Assembly: GCA_045634905.1 (NCBI GenBank)
Contig: JAZRBC010000197.1
Span: 1-61,560, forward strand
Reading direction: 5' to 3'
Origin: Akkermansia sp.
Lineage (GTDB): Bacteria; Verrucomicrobiota; Verrucomicrobiia; Verrucomicrobiales; Akkermansiaceae
DNA: 61,560 nucleotides
The translations under genes and the position numbers were made by a program. A model generated the notes under the pieces. The model was not told where the DNA came from, did not search any database, and saw only the letters and a list, made by a program, of their open reading frames with translations. Each line of letters begins with the position of its first letter. Within the stretch, counting starts at the first letter, position 1. Below, in pieces: positions 18,682 to 28,510 of this stretch.

Positions 18682-20859
18682 ATGAGCGTGACTGCCGCAC
18701 TGAAATACTACTGGGAACGTCTCGCCCCCTTCATTGGTGTCTATGTTTTCTTCGAACTGGTGGAGCTATTTGTCCTACTGGCCACAGGATGCTCACAGCC
18801 GACAGAAGAAGACCTTCTCGAATCTATTCTTACATTCATCAATGAAAACGCAGCATGCCTGGCATTTACCCTGCTGCCCTATCTGCTCTATCTGCTGGTT
18901 CTCCCACGCGATTTCCACGGTGGGAAATACGACCGGCGATTCACACTTATCATTTTCTCCCTGTTCTGTCTGCTCAACTGGCTGGAAGAATTCGTCGAAA
19001 TCGTATCAGCTGATTCGTTCCGACTGCTCACGAGAGACTTTCTCATGAATCCGGCTCAAGGCTGGCAGGAAATGCTTGAGCTCCCCTACTGCGAGTGGAT
19101 TGCTTCAATTCTGCTTGTTGAGCTGGCAATCACTATCTGTATTTTAAAGAAACGCCTCATGCCCGGCACCACAGCTCCGGGCTACTTATGCCGGGCCATC
19201 GTACCAGCCACCGTTGCGGGAGCCGGTTTCCTTTTTGCACAGCAAGCGCAGACGATGGATATTGTGGCGGATGTACCGACTCTGTACGATGCCGGCTTAT
19301 TCCACATATTACTGGGCATCTACAATCTGGATGCCATGCCTGATTTAGCGCATATCTATTCTTCTCCCTGCATGATTCTTGGGGGAGTCGTCCTCTTTAT
19401 CACTGTATCCTGTGCCCTGATACGCCAGAACTTTCCACAGTTGCAACTCAAGCGGAACATTTCTTCCTCTGCTACGGATAATCTGCTTCCTCTGATGCTG
19501 ATTTTCCTTGCAGGCATCCTGCTCTGTCGTCTGTTGAGCCTCGGCATCTATCCGCTCATGGATACCACGGAAGCCAGATATGGGGAAATGGCCCGGAAAA
19601 TGGTGGAGACCGGCAACTGGCTCCAGCCTCAGTTTGAATACGGTGTTCCCTTCTGGGGTAAACCGCCGCTGTCATTCTGGGGCAGCGCCGCCACGATGCT
19701 GCTTTGCGGCGTCAATGAATTGGGAGCACGCCTTGCACCGTATCTGGCCACCTGCGGTATCGGGCTATGCTTCCTGCTCTGGCCTTTCCAGGAGCGGCGG
19801 TGGGAGCAGTCCGTGGGGTGCATCATTGTGCTGTTCAGCTCCGCCATGGGCTTTGTTGCTGCCGGCGCAGTCATGACGGATGCTTTCCTGGCTTTCGGAA
19901 CCACGCTGAGTCTCATCTCATTCTACCGCGCTGTCAATGATACGGAAGTCAGGCGCATATGGGGATATCTGTTCTTTCTGGGGCTTGCCATCGGGCTTCT
20001 GAGCAAAGGCCCGCTTACTCTGGTGGTATGCGGTGTCCCCATCTTTGTCTGGACCTTATGGCAGAAACAATGGTACAGCATCTGGAAACGCATCCCATGG
20101 ATTACCGGTACGGCACTCATGCTTCTGCTCACGATTCCGTGGTACCTCGCTGCAGAACAAGCCACACCCGGATTCCTGCGCTACTTCATCATCGGGGAAC
20201 ATATTGAACGTTTCCTGGTCAAAGGATGGGATGGTGATTTGTACGGCAAGGGGCACTCACGAGCCATCGGTACTATCTGGCTCTATGGGGTGGAAATGTT
20301 CCTTCCCTGGGTTCTGCTTGTACCCTTCATCATCCGGAAAAAGGTGAATTCCTTCAGCAAGGCATCCACCAGCTTCCTCTGGTGCTGGGCATTGAGCACA
20401 CCGGTATTCTTTACGGTTGCCAGAAATATCCTGCCCGCCTACATTTTACCAGCTGTACCAGCATTCTGCATACTTCTTGTCCGGCGGCTGTGGGCTCTTC
20501 GTGCCGCAGAAAACCGGGATTACCGGCAATTCCTCTTTTCCGCATTTCCTGTACTGCTGATTGTGTGCCTGTTTGGTGCCGGCCAGGGATTTGAGCATAT
20601 CCGCTACCGCTGCCAGCAGAAACTGCTGCTGAAATGGGACGGCACCTCGCCGCTATATTACGTTGATAACAAAGTCCCCTACTCCGCTCAGTTCTACTCA
20701 GCCGGCAAAGCGGTCTGTCTCACAGGAAAGGCCGGTGAACTCACACCCGGAAGCTACCTTGCCGTGCATCGGACACTCGTCAGCTCAACCATCACCACGC
20801 CGGAATCCTGGGAACTCATGGCCGAAGACGGTTCCTGGAAACTGTTCCGCAAACGCTGA
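18682..20859 (+). CDS. ArnT/PMT-like GT-C glycosyltransferase with extra N-terminal membrane domain
   Basis: DTTEARYGEMARKM, FWGKPPLSFW, RL, LLSKGP, PWY, multiple TM helices; alternative TTG start 18652. Confidence 0.85.
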   Translation: MSVTAALKYYWERLAPFIGVYVFFELVELFVLLATGCSQPTEEDLLESILTFINENAACLAFTLLPYLLYLLVLPRDFHGGKYDRRFTLIIFSLFCLLNWLEEFVEIVSADSFRLLTRDFLMNPAQGWQEMLELPYCEWIASILLVELAITICILKKRLMPGTTAPGYLCRAIVPATVAGAGFLFAQQAQTMDIVADVPTLYDAGLFHILLGIYNLDAMPDLAHIYSSPCMILGGVVLFITVSCALIRQNFPQLQLKRNISSSATDNLLPLMLIFLAGILLCRLLSLGIYPLMDTTEARYGEMARKMVETGNWLQPQFEYGVPFWGKPPLSFWGSAATMLLCGVNELGARLAPYLATCGIGLCFLLWPFQERRWEQSVGCIIVLFSSAMGFVAAGAVMTDAFLAFGTTLSLISFYRAVNDTEVRRIWGYLFFLGLAIGLLSKGPLTLVVCGVPIFVWTLWQKQWYSIWKRIPWITGTALMLLLTIPWYLAAEQATPGFLRYFIIGEHIERFLVKGWDGDLYGKGHSRAIGTIWLYGVEMFLPWVLLVPFIIRKKVNSFSKASTSFLWCWALSTPVFFTVARNILPAYILPAVPAFCILLVRRLWALRAAENRDYRQFLFSAFPVLLIVCLFGAGQGFEHIRYRCQQKLLLKWDGTSPLYYVDNKVPYSAQFYSAGKAVCLTGKAGELTPGSYLAVHRTLVSSTITTPESWELMAEDGSWKLFRKR

Positions 20860-20901
20860 CGGAACCGGAGTTCCCCGAGAAACCTGGAACAGCTGCCAGC
20901 T

Positions 20902-22098
20902 TTAGAGCACATCGCCCCATTCGGGGGCAGGCTGCGGCTCGCCGAGTCCGCAGATACGGTCTATCATGGCATCCCATTTCTCCTGCCCCTGCAGGATATC
21001 AATCTGGATGCGGAGGAAATAAATGGGCACCTCCATCTCACCGGGACGAAGGAAGCGCACCGCATCCTTCTCTGTGGTGACAATCATATCCATGGCGCGT
21101 TCCGCGCAGCGCTCCACAAAGGCATCCAGGTCTTCCTGGTCGAACCAGTAGTGATCCGGATAGCTGCGGCGGATTTCCACGTTGGCACCCAGAGACTCCA
21201 CCAGCCCTTCAAAACTTTCCGGGCGGGCGATACCGCTCAGACAGGCAACATATTTACCTTTCAGAGCTGAAAGCGGCAACTGCTCACCCGTAAAGATATT
21301 TTCCAGCAGCACCGGCGCGTGATTCGTCACAATGATGTCGGCAACCTTGTTGTATTTGCGGATGGTGGCAATCAGCTCATCCTGGGGCTTGCCCTCACTC
21401 TTTGTCAGGATGATGTAACTGGCACGCCTGAGACTGGCTCTGGGCTCGCGCATGGTACCTCGCGGCAGCAGAGCCCCGGTTCCGAAGGGGAAGCCGCAAT
21501 CCACCAGCACAATATCAATCTCATGCCTGAGCTTCAGGAACTGCATCCCGTCATCCAGAATCAGCGTATTGCTCCCCAGCTGCTCAATGGCAAAGATACC
21601 GGATTTCACACGGTCCTTGTCAACCAGTACGGCCACGTTGTCCAGATTCCGGGCAAGCATGAACGGCTCATCTCCCGCATAGAGAGGGCTGAGGTAGCGG
21701 GTTACACCATCACTCGCAATCTTGGGGACGCGCTTGACGCGTTTCCCATCTTTATCCAGCCAGACCTGGGGTTTCTCCAGATCATGGCTCTTATATCCGC
21801 GGGTCAGAATAGCGCACTTGCGGCCACGGGATGCCAGGCTGCGAGAAAGCAGCTCTACCACCGGAGTCTTGCCGGTACCACCGGCTGTGATATTGCCCAC
21901 GCTCACGACAAAGGTTCCCAGGTAGTGCACGGTCTTGATGCGCCTGCGGAACAGGAAAAGGCGCACCTGGACCAGCACCCAGAAGAAAAGCGAGGCAAAG
22001 CGCAGCAGGCAACGCATCATCCACGCGCGGAAACCGCGGGCGCGCCCGAATACTACTTCGGTCCCCCATTCGGCAAACTCCTCCGCGCGTGTTTTCAT
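20902..22098 (-). CDS. lpxK: Tetraacyldisaccharide 4'-kinase
   Basis: VSVGNITAGGTGKTP, LTRGY, GDEP, ILDDGMQ, LLPRGTMRE, TTEKDAVR. Confidence 0.95.
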   Translation of the reverse strand: MKTRAEEFAEWGTEVVFGRARGFRAWMMRCLLRFASLFFWVLVQVRLFLFRRRIKTVHYLGTFVVSVGNITAGGTGKTPVVELLSRSLASRGRKCAILTRGYKSHDLEKPQVWLDKDGKRVKRVPKIASDGVTRYLSPLYAGDEPFMLARNLDNVAVLVDKDRVKSGIFAIEQLGSNTLILDDGMQFLKLRHEIDIVLVDCGFPFGTGALLPRGTMREPRASLRRASYIILTKSEGKPQDELIATIRKYNKVADIIVTNHAPVLLENIFTGEQLPLSALKGKYVACLSGIARPESFEGLVESLGANVEIRRSYPDHYWFDQEDLDAFVERCAERAMDMIVTTEKDAVRFLRPGEMEVPIYFLRIQIDILQGQEKWDAMIDRICGLGEPQPAPEWGDVL

Positions 22099-22106
22099 AT
22101 GCTGTT

Positions 22107-22135
22107 ATCTTACCAGCCCGCTGTCATCAAGTCAA
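22107..22135 (-). promoter_or_regulatory. Sigma70-type promoter for lpxK, near-leaderless
   Basis: TTGACT-17-TAAGAT on minus strand; ATG 8 nt later. Confidence 0.6.
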
Positions 22136-22137
22136 CA

Positions 22138-23505
22138 TCAGAACTCGCAATTGCGCGGCGTACGCGGATAGGGAAGAACGTCGCGGATGTTCTGCACTCC
22201 GGTTACAAACATGATGAGACGCTCAAAGCCGACACCGAAACCAGCGTGAGGCACCGTACCGTAACGGCGGAGATCATTGTACCAGTAGTAGGCATCCATA
22301 TCCATGCCCATACGCTCGATATTGGACTCCAGCACCTCCAGGCGCTCCTCTCGCTGACTGCCACCAATGATTTCACCAATACCTGGCACCAGCACATCCA
22401 TTGCGGTAACGGTCTTTCCATCGTCATTGAGGCGCATGTAGAAGGGCTTGATTTCCTTCGGGTAATTATACACAATGACCGGGCACTTGAAATGCTTTTC
22501 CGTGAGGAAACGTTCGTGCTCACTCTGCATATCCATGCCCCAGTAGGGCTTGTACTCGAACTTCTCACCGCTTGCCTGCATAATCTCAATAGCCTCGGTG
22601 TAAGAGCAGCGCACAAAGGGCTTCTCCGCCACCTCTTCCAGACGTGCGCGCAGGCCTTTGTCCACAAACTTGCAGAAAAATTCGAAATCTCCGCTGGCAT
22701 CATTCAGCATGGTCCGGGCAATATGCTTGATGAACGATTCGGCAATATCCATATCGCCATAGATATCGCAGAACGCCATCTCGGGTTCAATCATCCAGAA
22801 CTCGGCAGCGTGACGGGAGGTGTTGCTGTTTTCTGCTCGGAAGGTGGGACCGAAGGTATAGATATTGCTCAAAGCGCAGGCAAAAGTCTCGCCCTCCAGC
22901 TGACCGGATACAGTGAGATTCGCAGGCTTACCGAAAAAGTCATTATCATAGCTCTTGTTTTCCGCCAGCGGATCCAGGGTGGTCACATGGAACATCTCGC
23001 CGGCGCCCTCGCAGTCACTGGCAGTAATGATGGGTGTGTGCACCCACACAAAATCGCGCTCCAGGAAGAACTGGTGAACCGCGGCAGCCATACGCGAACG
23101 CGTACGGAAAATAGCACCAAAGAGATTGGTGCGCGGACGCAGATGCGCAATGGTACGCAGGAACTCCGGCGAATGCCCCTTTTTCTGCAAGGGGTAATTC
23201 TCCGGAGCGCCACCTACCAGGCGGATTTCAGTAGCCTGAATCTCCCACTTCTGCTTGCCGGGGCTTTCCACGAGGCGGCCGATAATACTCACCGAAGAAC
23301 CGGTAGTCATGCGGCCGATATCCTCGTAACCGGGTATACCGGCATCTGCCACCACCTGAATGGAAGCCAGGCTGGTTCCATCATTCACCTCCAGGAACGA
23401 AAAAGTCTTAGAATCGCGACGGGTACGAACCCATCCTTCCACCAGAATCTGCTCCACAGGAGCCTCACTGGACAACGCATGCTTCACCAATGTACGCTGT
23501 ATCAT
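22138..23505 (-). CDS. asnS: Asparagine--tRNA ligase
   Basis: [47 protein letters not shown]. Confidence 0.97.
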   Translation of the reverse strand: MIQRTLVKHALSSEAPVEQILVEGWVRTRRDSKTFSFLEVNDGTSLASIQVVADAGIPGYEDIGRMTTGSSVSIIGRLVESPGKQKWEIQATEIRLVGGAPENYPLQKKGHSPEFLRTIAHLRPRTNLFGAIFRTRSRMAAAVHQFFLERDFVWVHTPIITASDCEGAGEMFHVTTLDPLAENKSYDNDFFGKPANLTVSGQLEGETFACALSNIYTFGPTFRAENSNTSRHAAEFWMIEPEMAFCDIYGDMDIAESFIKHIARTMLNDASGDFEFFCKFVDKGLRARLEEVAEKPFVRCSYTEAIEIMQASGEKFEYKPYWGMDMQSEHERFLTEKHFKCPVIVYNYPKEIKPFYMRLNDDGKTVTAMDVLVPGIGEIIGGSQREERLEVLESNIERMGMDMDAYYWYNDLRRYGTVPHAGFGVGFERLIMFVTGVQNIRDVLPYPRTPRNCEF

Positions 23506-23562
23506 AATATCTGCACAGATTCTACCACTCACCCACCCTCAAGGCGAGCAAAAAGTGCAGCA

Positions 23563-23591
23563 TTGACAAATCTCACGCTCCGGCGTATGCT
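23563..23591 (+). promoter_or_regulatory. Sigma70-type promoter, leaderless geometry
   Basis: TTGACA-17-TATGCT; ATG 7 nt later. Confidence 0.7.
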
Positions 23592-23598
23592 CGATGAC

Positions 23599-24051
23599 AT
23601 GCAGGCCGAAAATAAAGCACTTCATTTTTTTCACCAGGGGTTTAATTGTGCCCAATCTGTTTTTGCCGCATTTGCTGACCAGGTGGGATTGGACGAAAGC
23701 TCCGCTCTCCGGTTTTCCTCGGCTTTCGGCGCAGGGCTTGGACGCATGAGGGGCACCTGTGGTGCTTTTTCAGGGCTTTGTATGGTGGCTGGATTCTGCA
23801 AAGGCAACCTCTCCGGCGAACCGGCAGAAAAAGAAATCATCTTTGCGCTGACTCGGGAACTTGCTGAGGATTTCAAATCCGAATTCGGCACCCTTACCTG
23901 CCGCGAGCTGCTTCATCTTGACTCCGAAATGGAAAATTCTGCCCGCCCCAGTGACAGGACTTCTGAATATTACGCATCCCGCCCCTGCGAACGCTGTGTT
24001 GCCTTCTGTGCAAGGAAGGCCCAGCAGCTCTTAGACCAGAAACAAAAATAA
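23599..24051 (+). CDS. C_GCAxxG_C_C family putative redox protein
   Basis: GFNCAQSV, TCGAFSG, LTCRELL, PCERCV; real part of the 910-aa ORF-track entry. Confidence 0.9.
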   Translation: MQAENKALHFFHQGFNCAQSVFAAFADQVGLDESSALRFSSAFGAGLGRMRGTCGAFSGLCMVAGFCKGNLSGEPAEKEIIFALTRELAEDFKSEFGTLTCRELLHLDSEMENSARPSDRTSEYYASRPCERCVAFCARKAQQLLDQKQK

Positions 24052-24097
24052 TTTATATTTAACAAGTAAAAAAATCGTTATTTTTACGTTTTTCCAC

Positions 24098-24126
24098 TTG
24101 ACGCGCCCCGAAAAAAACGTTATACT
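24098..24126 (+). promoter_or_regulatory. Strong sigma70-type promoter driving a candidate sRNA
   Basis: TTGACG-17-TATACT preceded by A/T tracts (UP-like). Confidence 0.75.
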
Positions 24127-24130
24127 TCGC

Positions 24131-24234
24131 ACGTCTTCGGGGCCGGACGTAAAACAGGTTCCCGGGCTCGAAAGGGTCCGATTCATAGGGTAGTTGGGCA
24201 CCCAGGAGCTTCGGCTCCTGGGTGACTTCCTTTT
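24131..24234 (+). ncRNA. Candidate small non-coding RNA (~105 nt), family unrecognised
   Basis: Own promoter, hairpin cgggctc-GAAA-gggtccg, terminal cacccaggagc-TTCG-gctcctgggtg plus pyrimidine tail; no plus-strand ORF. Confidence 0.6.
24199..24234 (+). terminator. Intrinsic terminator with UUCG loop
   Basis: 11-bp perfect stem, C(UUCG)G loop, cttcctttt tail. Confidence 0.75.
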
Positions 24235-24315
24235 CCGGGGAATGGCTTGAGCCGCCCCGCTATTCCTTTCTTTATCATAGGATATATATTTATTGAGAAC
24301 AGGTTAACATTTGTC

Positions 24316-24343
24316 TTGCAATCTTGGGGAGCTATGATACAAT
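24316..24343 (+). promoter_or_regulatory. Promoter for amino-acid ABC operon
   Basis: TTGCAA-16-TACAAT with extended TG. Confidence 0.55.
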
Positions 24344-24379
24344 CCGCGCGCGGGGCGCTACAACCCCGGGTGCTACATC

Positions 24380-25912
24380 ATGAACAAATGCTTTCATATT
24401 GCAGCAACTCTGGTTGCTTTTCTCTACCTCGGCATGACATCCGCAGGCGCAGCGGACAATACGGATTCTTCCGTCCCTGCTGCGCAACCCAGTACCGGGA
24501 GCATTGCCTGTTTTGAAGATCTGCGCGGCCGCATACTTGCCGTTCCTTCCTCTACCGTGCAGGATATTTACGTAGAGGAGCACTACCCGGATATCAAGCT
24601 CGACCGCTTTGATACCGAGGCTGATATGATGCTTTCACTGCAGCAGGAGAAATGCGACGGTGCCATCATGGATGATGTCATCTGCTACGCTCTCGTGAGA
24701 AAGACCGAAGGCGTGACCATTCTGCCCGACAGCCCTGTTCCTCCCTGCCAAATGGGGGCCGTCTTCGGCAAACACAATGCCGAGCTCTGCGAACAGTTCA
24801 ACACTTTCATCAGGCAACTGAAAGCAAGCGGCGAACTCCAGCAGATTATGGAACGCTGGATCAAGAATTTCGACACGGCCGAAATGCCGGAGCTGAAGCT
24901 GCCCACACAGGGCACCCCCATCCGCGTGGCCATGGAACCCTGCACAGAACCCATCGTCTTCATCAAAAATGAAAAGATAGCCGGGTTCGATGCCGAGCTG
25001 ATTCACCGCTTCTCAGTATTCATCAACCGGCCGGTGGAAATCGTGGAGATGGAATATGACTCCCTGATTGCCTCCACCACCACCGGCAAGGCAGACATGG
25101 CGGCATCCGGTATTCTCATTACTGAAGAACGCGCGGAAAGCGTACTCTTCTCCGAACCGTACTACGACAGCCATTCCCGCGTGGCGGTATTGACCAAGAA
25201 TGCCCACCCCTCCATCATCTCTGACACCACCAGCTCCGAAGAACTCGGCTTCTTCGGCGGAATCAAGCGCAGTTTCTACCGGAATATCATAGAAGAACGG
25301 CGCTACATGCTTTTGTGGGACGGCCTCAAGGTCACGGTCTACATTTCCTTCTTCTCCGCCCTTCTGGGTACTGTACTCGGGGCATTCGTGTGCTACATGC
25401 GCATGAGCAAATCCCGGATTTGCAGCAATATCGCCAAGGCATATATTGACATCATGCGAGGCACCCCGGTACTGGTGTTCCTGATGATGATGTGCTACGT
25501 AGCCTTTACGCAGTTTGATAACACCCCGGTTGCCATCATCACCTTCGCCATGAACTTTGCGGCCTATGTCAGCGAGATGTTCCGCACCTCCATCAGCAGC
25601 GTTGACAAAGGACAGACGGAAGCCGGCATTGCTCTGGGCTTCTCCCCGGTAAGAACATTCTGCTACATTGTGCTGCCACAGGCAGTGCGCCGAGTGCTGC
25701 CGGTCTACAAGGGCGAACTGATATCCCTCATCAAGAATACATCCATTGTCGGTTATGTGGCGGTTGCAGACCTGACCCGCGCCTCCTACATCATCCGCGG
25801 ACGCACATTCGACCCGTTTTTCCCGCTGCTCATGGTGGCACTCATGTATTTCGTGATTGCCTGGTTGTTCGCCTATGTACTGGATCGCATCGGCCGGAAA
25901 ATCTGCAGATAA
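24380..25912 (+). CDS. Polar amino-acid ABC transporter, fused substrate-binding domain(s) + permease
   Basis: Signal peptide, family-3 SBP motifs (GFDAEL, ITEER..FSEPY), RGTPVLV, AAYVSEMFR, GQTEAG. Confidence 0.92.
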   Translation: MNKCFHIAATLVAFLYLGMTSAGAADNTDSSVPAAQPSTGSIACFEDLRGRILAVPSSTVQDIYVEEHYPDIKLDRFDTEADMMLSLQQEKCDGAIMDDVICYALVRKTEGVTILPDSPVPPCQMGAVFGKHNAELCEQFNTFIRQLKASGELQQIMERWIKNFDTAEMPELKLPTQGTPIRVAMEPCTEPIVFIKNEKIAGFDAELIHRFSVFINRPVEIVEMEYDSLIASTTTGKADMAASGILITEERAESVLFSEPYYDSHSRVAVLTKNAHPSIISDTTSSEELGFFGGIKRSFYRNIIEERRYMLLWDGLKVTVYISFFSALLGTVLGAFVCYMRMSKSRICSNIAKAYIDIMRGTPVLVFLMMMCYVAFTQFDNTPVAIITFAMNFAAYVSEMFRTSISSVDKGQTEAGIALGFSPVRTFCYIVLPQAVRRVLPVYKGELISLIKNTSIVGYVAVADLTRASYIIRGRTFDPFFPLLMVALMYFVIAWLFAYVLDRIGRKICR

Positions 25913-25939
25913 ACTGAACGCACCCCTTTTACGAGAACG

Positions 25940-27010
25940 ATGATTCAAATAAAACACCTCCAGAAAAGTTTCGGTAAACTTGATGTTCTGCTGGATGTCA
26001 ATCTGAACATTAAACGCGGTGAGATTATCTCCATCATAGGCCCGTCAGGCACCGGCAAAAGCACCTTCCTGCGCTGCCTCAACCTGCTTGAACAGCCCAC
26101 GGGGGGCAGTATCATCATCGACGGGGAAGAAGTTCTCACCGGGCATGTCAACGCCTCCCGGCTCCGGCAGAAAATGGGCATGGTCTTCCAGTCCTTTAAC
26201 TTGTTCAACCATCTCTCCGTACTGGACAACGTGTGCATCGGCCCGGTAAAACTGCTGGGTAAAAGCAGAGCAGAAGCAGAAAGCAAAGCCCACGACTTGC
26301 TGAAGATGGTAGGCATGGCGGAAAAAATAAATGCTATGCCCTCTGAGCTCTCCGGTGGTCAGAAGCAACGCGCTGCCATCGCACGCTGCCTTTCCATGGA
26401 TCCGGAAATCATCCTCTTCGATGAACCGACCTCGGCCTTGGACCCGACTATGGTCAGCGAAGTGCTCTCCGTCATCCGTTCCCTGGCCCGCCAGGGCATG
26501 ACCATGGCCATTGTCACTCACGAAATGTCCTTCGCACGGGATGTCAGCACGCGAGTCGTGTATATGGATGAAGGAACCATATACGAGGAAGGAACTCCGG
26601 AGGAAATCTTCGAGCACCCGAAACGGGAACGCACCCAGGTGTTTGTAAACCGGATTCGCGATTTCCATTATGCCTTCCACAGCCCGGATTACGACCGCTT
26701 CCAGCTCAAATCCGAGTGGCAGACATACTGCAACAAATATTTCCTGACGCGCGAAAGCATGCGCAAGGCACAACTTATCGGCAATGACCTGTTCCGCATG
26801 CTTCCCCTGAACAAAGGAACCGTGGATTTTTATTTCCGCTACTCCGAGCAGACCCGAGAAATGAGCATGGAAGTGCTCCTGCCGGTAGGGGTGGAACCTG
26901 TCGGGCTGGCAAATCGTCCCGTCATCTGCGAACTCTGCTGCGGGGTTGACTGCACCCGGGAGGAAAAACGCGTGCGGTACAAGCTGCGCCTGAAACACAA
27001 AAACCTCTGA
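25940..27010 (+). CDS. Polar amino-acid ABC transporter ATPase with C-terminal extension
   Basis: [36 protein letters not shown]. Confidence 0.93.
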   Translation: MIQIKHLQKSFGKLDVLLDVNLNIKRGEIISIIGPSGTGKSTFLRCLNLLEQPTGGSIIIDGEEVLTGHVNASRLRQKMGMVFQSFNLFNHLSVLDNVCIGPVKLLGKSRAEAESKAHDLLKMVGMAEKINAMPSELSGGQKQRAAIARCLSMDPEIILFDEPTSALDPTMVSEVLSVIRSLARQGMTMAIVTHEMSFARDVSTRVVYMDEGTIYEEGTPEEIFEHPKRERTQVFVNRIRDFHYAFHSPDYDRFQLKSEWQTYCNKYFLTRESMRKAQLIGNDLFRMLPLNKGTVDFYFRYSEQTREMSMEVLLPVGVEPVGLANRPVICELCCGVDCTREEKRVRYKLRLKHKNL

Positions 27011-27050
27011 GCCTTTAGTAAACAGATATTGTCAACGGACTACAAAACGC

Positions 27051-27079
27051 TTGACATTACGCCGGAGGCAACATATACT
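27051..27079 (+). promoter_or_regulatory. Promoter of nusA-infB-rbfA
   Basis: TTGACA-17-TATACT followed by GC-rich discriminator. Confidence 0.8.
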
Positions 27080-27113
27080 ACGCGCGTACAAGTTCCGGTC
27101 CGTTACGAGATTG

Positions 27114-27141
27114 GGGCGGGTCTAGGACCCGCTCTTTTTTT
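27114..27141 (+). terminator. Leader terminator/attenuator upstream of nusA
   Basis: gggcgggtc-tag-gacccgctc followed by 7 T, between promoter and ATG. Confidence 0.7.
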
Positions 27142-27183
27142 GTACACGGCTCAGTATCAAACTCCAGCATAACACTGACAACA

Positions 27184-28473
27184 ATGGCCACTACTGACAT
27201 CTCCGCCCTGATTGATTACTACGTCCGCGAGAAAGACCTGACCCGCGAGCGCGTCATTCAGGCTCTTGAAGCTTCTTTCATCACCGCCTACTACAAGATG
27301 GTGCCGGGTTCTGACCGCATCAGCAACCTGCGCGCTGTAGTGAACCCTCAGAAGGGCACGGTGAAAATCAAAGCAGAAATGACGGTAGTGGAGGATGAAC
27401 AGCTCGTTGACAAGTTCAACGAAGTGCCCCTCTCTGTCGCTCAGGCTGCCGGCTCCAAAAAAGGCAAGGAATACCTCCCCGGTGATACCATCAGCGTCAA
27501 CATCACTCCCAAGGATTTCGGCCGCATCGCCGTGCAGACGGCTCGCCAGACCATGCAGCAGCGCATCCGCAAGGCTGAGCAGGAAATGCTCGCCGAAGCC
27601 TTCCGCGACCGCGCCGGTGAAGTTGTGACCGGCACAGTGAAGCGCTATGACAAGGGCGACGTGATTGTGGAAGTGGAGAAGTACGAAGGTCTGGTACCGC
27701 TCCGCCAGCGTATCCCCGGAGAGGAATACAACAGCGGCGACAAGATGCGTTTCTACGTGGTGGAGGTGCGCGATGGTGTCCGCGGTCAGGAACTCATCCT
27801 CTCCCGCAGCCATCCGAACCTGGTGCGTCGGCTTTTCGAGAACGAGGTGCTGGAAATTGCCGAGCACACCGTTGAAATTCTGACTGTCGTGCGCGAAGCC
27901 GGCTACCGCACAAAGATGGTCGTACGCAGCAACGACCCGAATGTGGACCCCATCGGTGCCTGCGTGGGCATGCGCGGTGCCCGCGTGAAGAATGTGGTGA
28001 ACGAACTCAACCACGAAAAGGTCGATATTCTCGAATACACCGATGACAAAGCCGCCATGGTGACCGAGTCGCTCGCCCCCATCGAACCCATCAAGGTGAA
28101 CGTGGACAACGCCGCCCGGGTAGTCACGGTGGTGGTGGAAGACGACAAGGCCGCAGCCAAGGCAAAGGGCCGCAAGGGTCAGAATGTGCGCCTCACAGCC
28201 CGCCTCATCTCCACCCCCGATGAACGCTGGGATGTACGCGTTGAGGCCTACGACGAGAAGGCACAGGCCAAGACCCTGGCCAACGAAGGAGCCAGCGAAC
28301 TGGCTGCCGCTCTCGGTATCTCCAACTCCATGGCCGCCGCCATGGTGGCTGCAGGTTTCACCACGGTTGAAGGCATCGCCAACTATGCCGATGAAGAAAC
28401 TCTGGTGGAAGCACTCGGTATTTCTGAGGACGAAGCGGCTGATATCATGACCAAGGCCAAGGCCAGCTGCTGA
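27184..28473 (+). CDS. nusA: Transcription termination/antitermination factor NusA
   Basis: FGRIAVQTARQ, LSRSHP, REAGYRTK, DPIGACVGMRG, GQNVRL. Confidence 0.97.
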   Translation: MATTDISALIDYYVREKDLTRERVIQALEASFITAYYKMVPGSDRISNLRAVVNPQKGTVKIKAEMTVVEDEQLVDKFNEVPLSVAQAAGSKKGKEYLPGDTISVNITPKDFGRIAVQTARQTMQQRIRKAEQEMLAEAFRDRAGEVVTGTVKRYDKGDVIVEVEKYEGLVPLRQRIPGEEYNSGDKMRFYVVEVRDGVRGQELILSRSHPNLVRRLFENEVLEIAEHTVEILTVVREAGYRTKMVVRSNDPNVDPIGACVGMRGARVKNVVNELNHEKVDILEYTDDKAAMVTESLAPIEPIKVNVDNAARVVTVVVEDDKAAAKAKGRKGQNVRLTARLISTPDERWDVRVEAYDEKAQAKTLANEGASELAAALGISNSMAAAMVAAGFTTVEGIANYADEETLVEALGISEDEAADIMTKAKASC

Positions 28474-28510
28474 ACCCGGCATCACGACAAACGAACTGAT
28501 TTTCTGACAC

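Noticed and set aside
21319-23598. 910-aa ORF appearing to give the C_GCAxxG_C_C protein a huge N-terminus
   Set aside because: It is the antisense shadow of lpxK and asnS; a promoter at 23563-23591 supports the real start at 23599
24031-24186. 51-codon minus-strand ORF starting at the sRNA's CAT
   Set aside because: It runs through the promoter's A/T tracts, overlaps the neighbouring gene end and has no protein-like features; the RNA interpretation fits better
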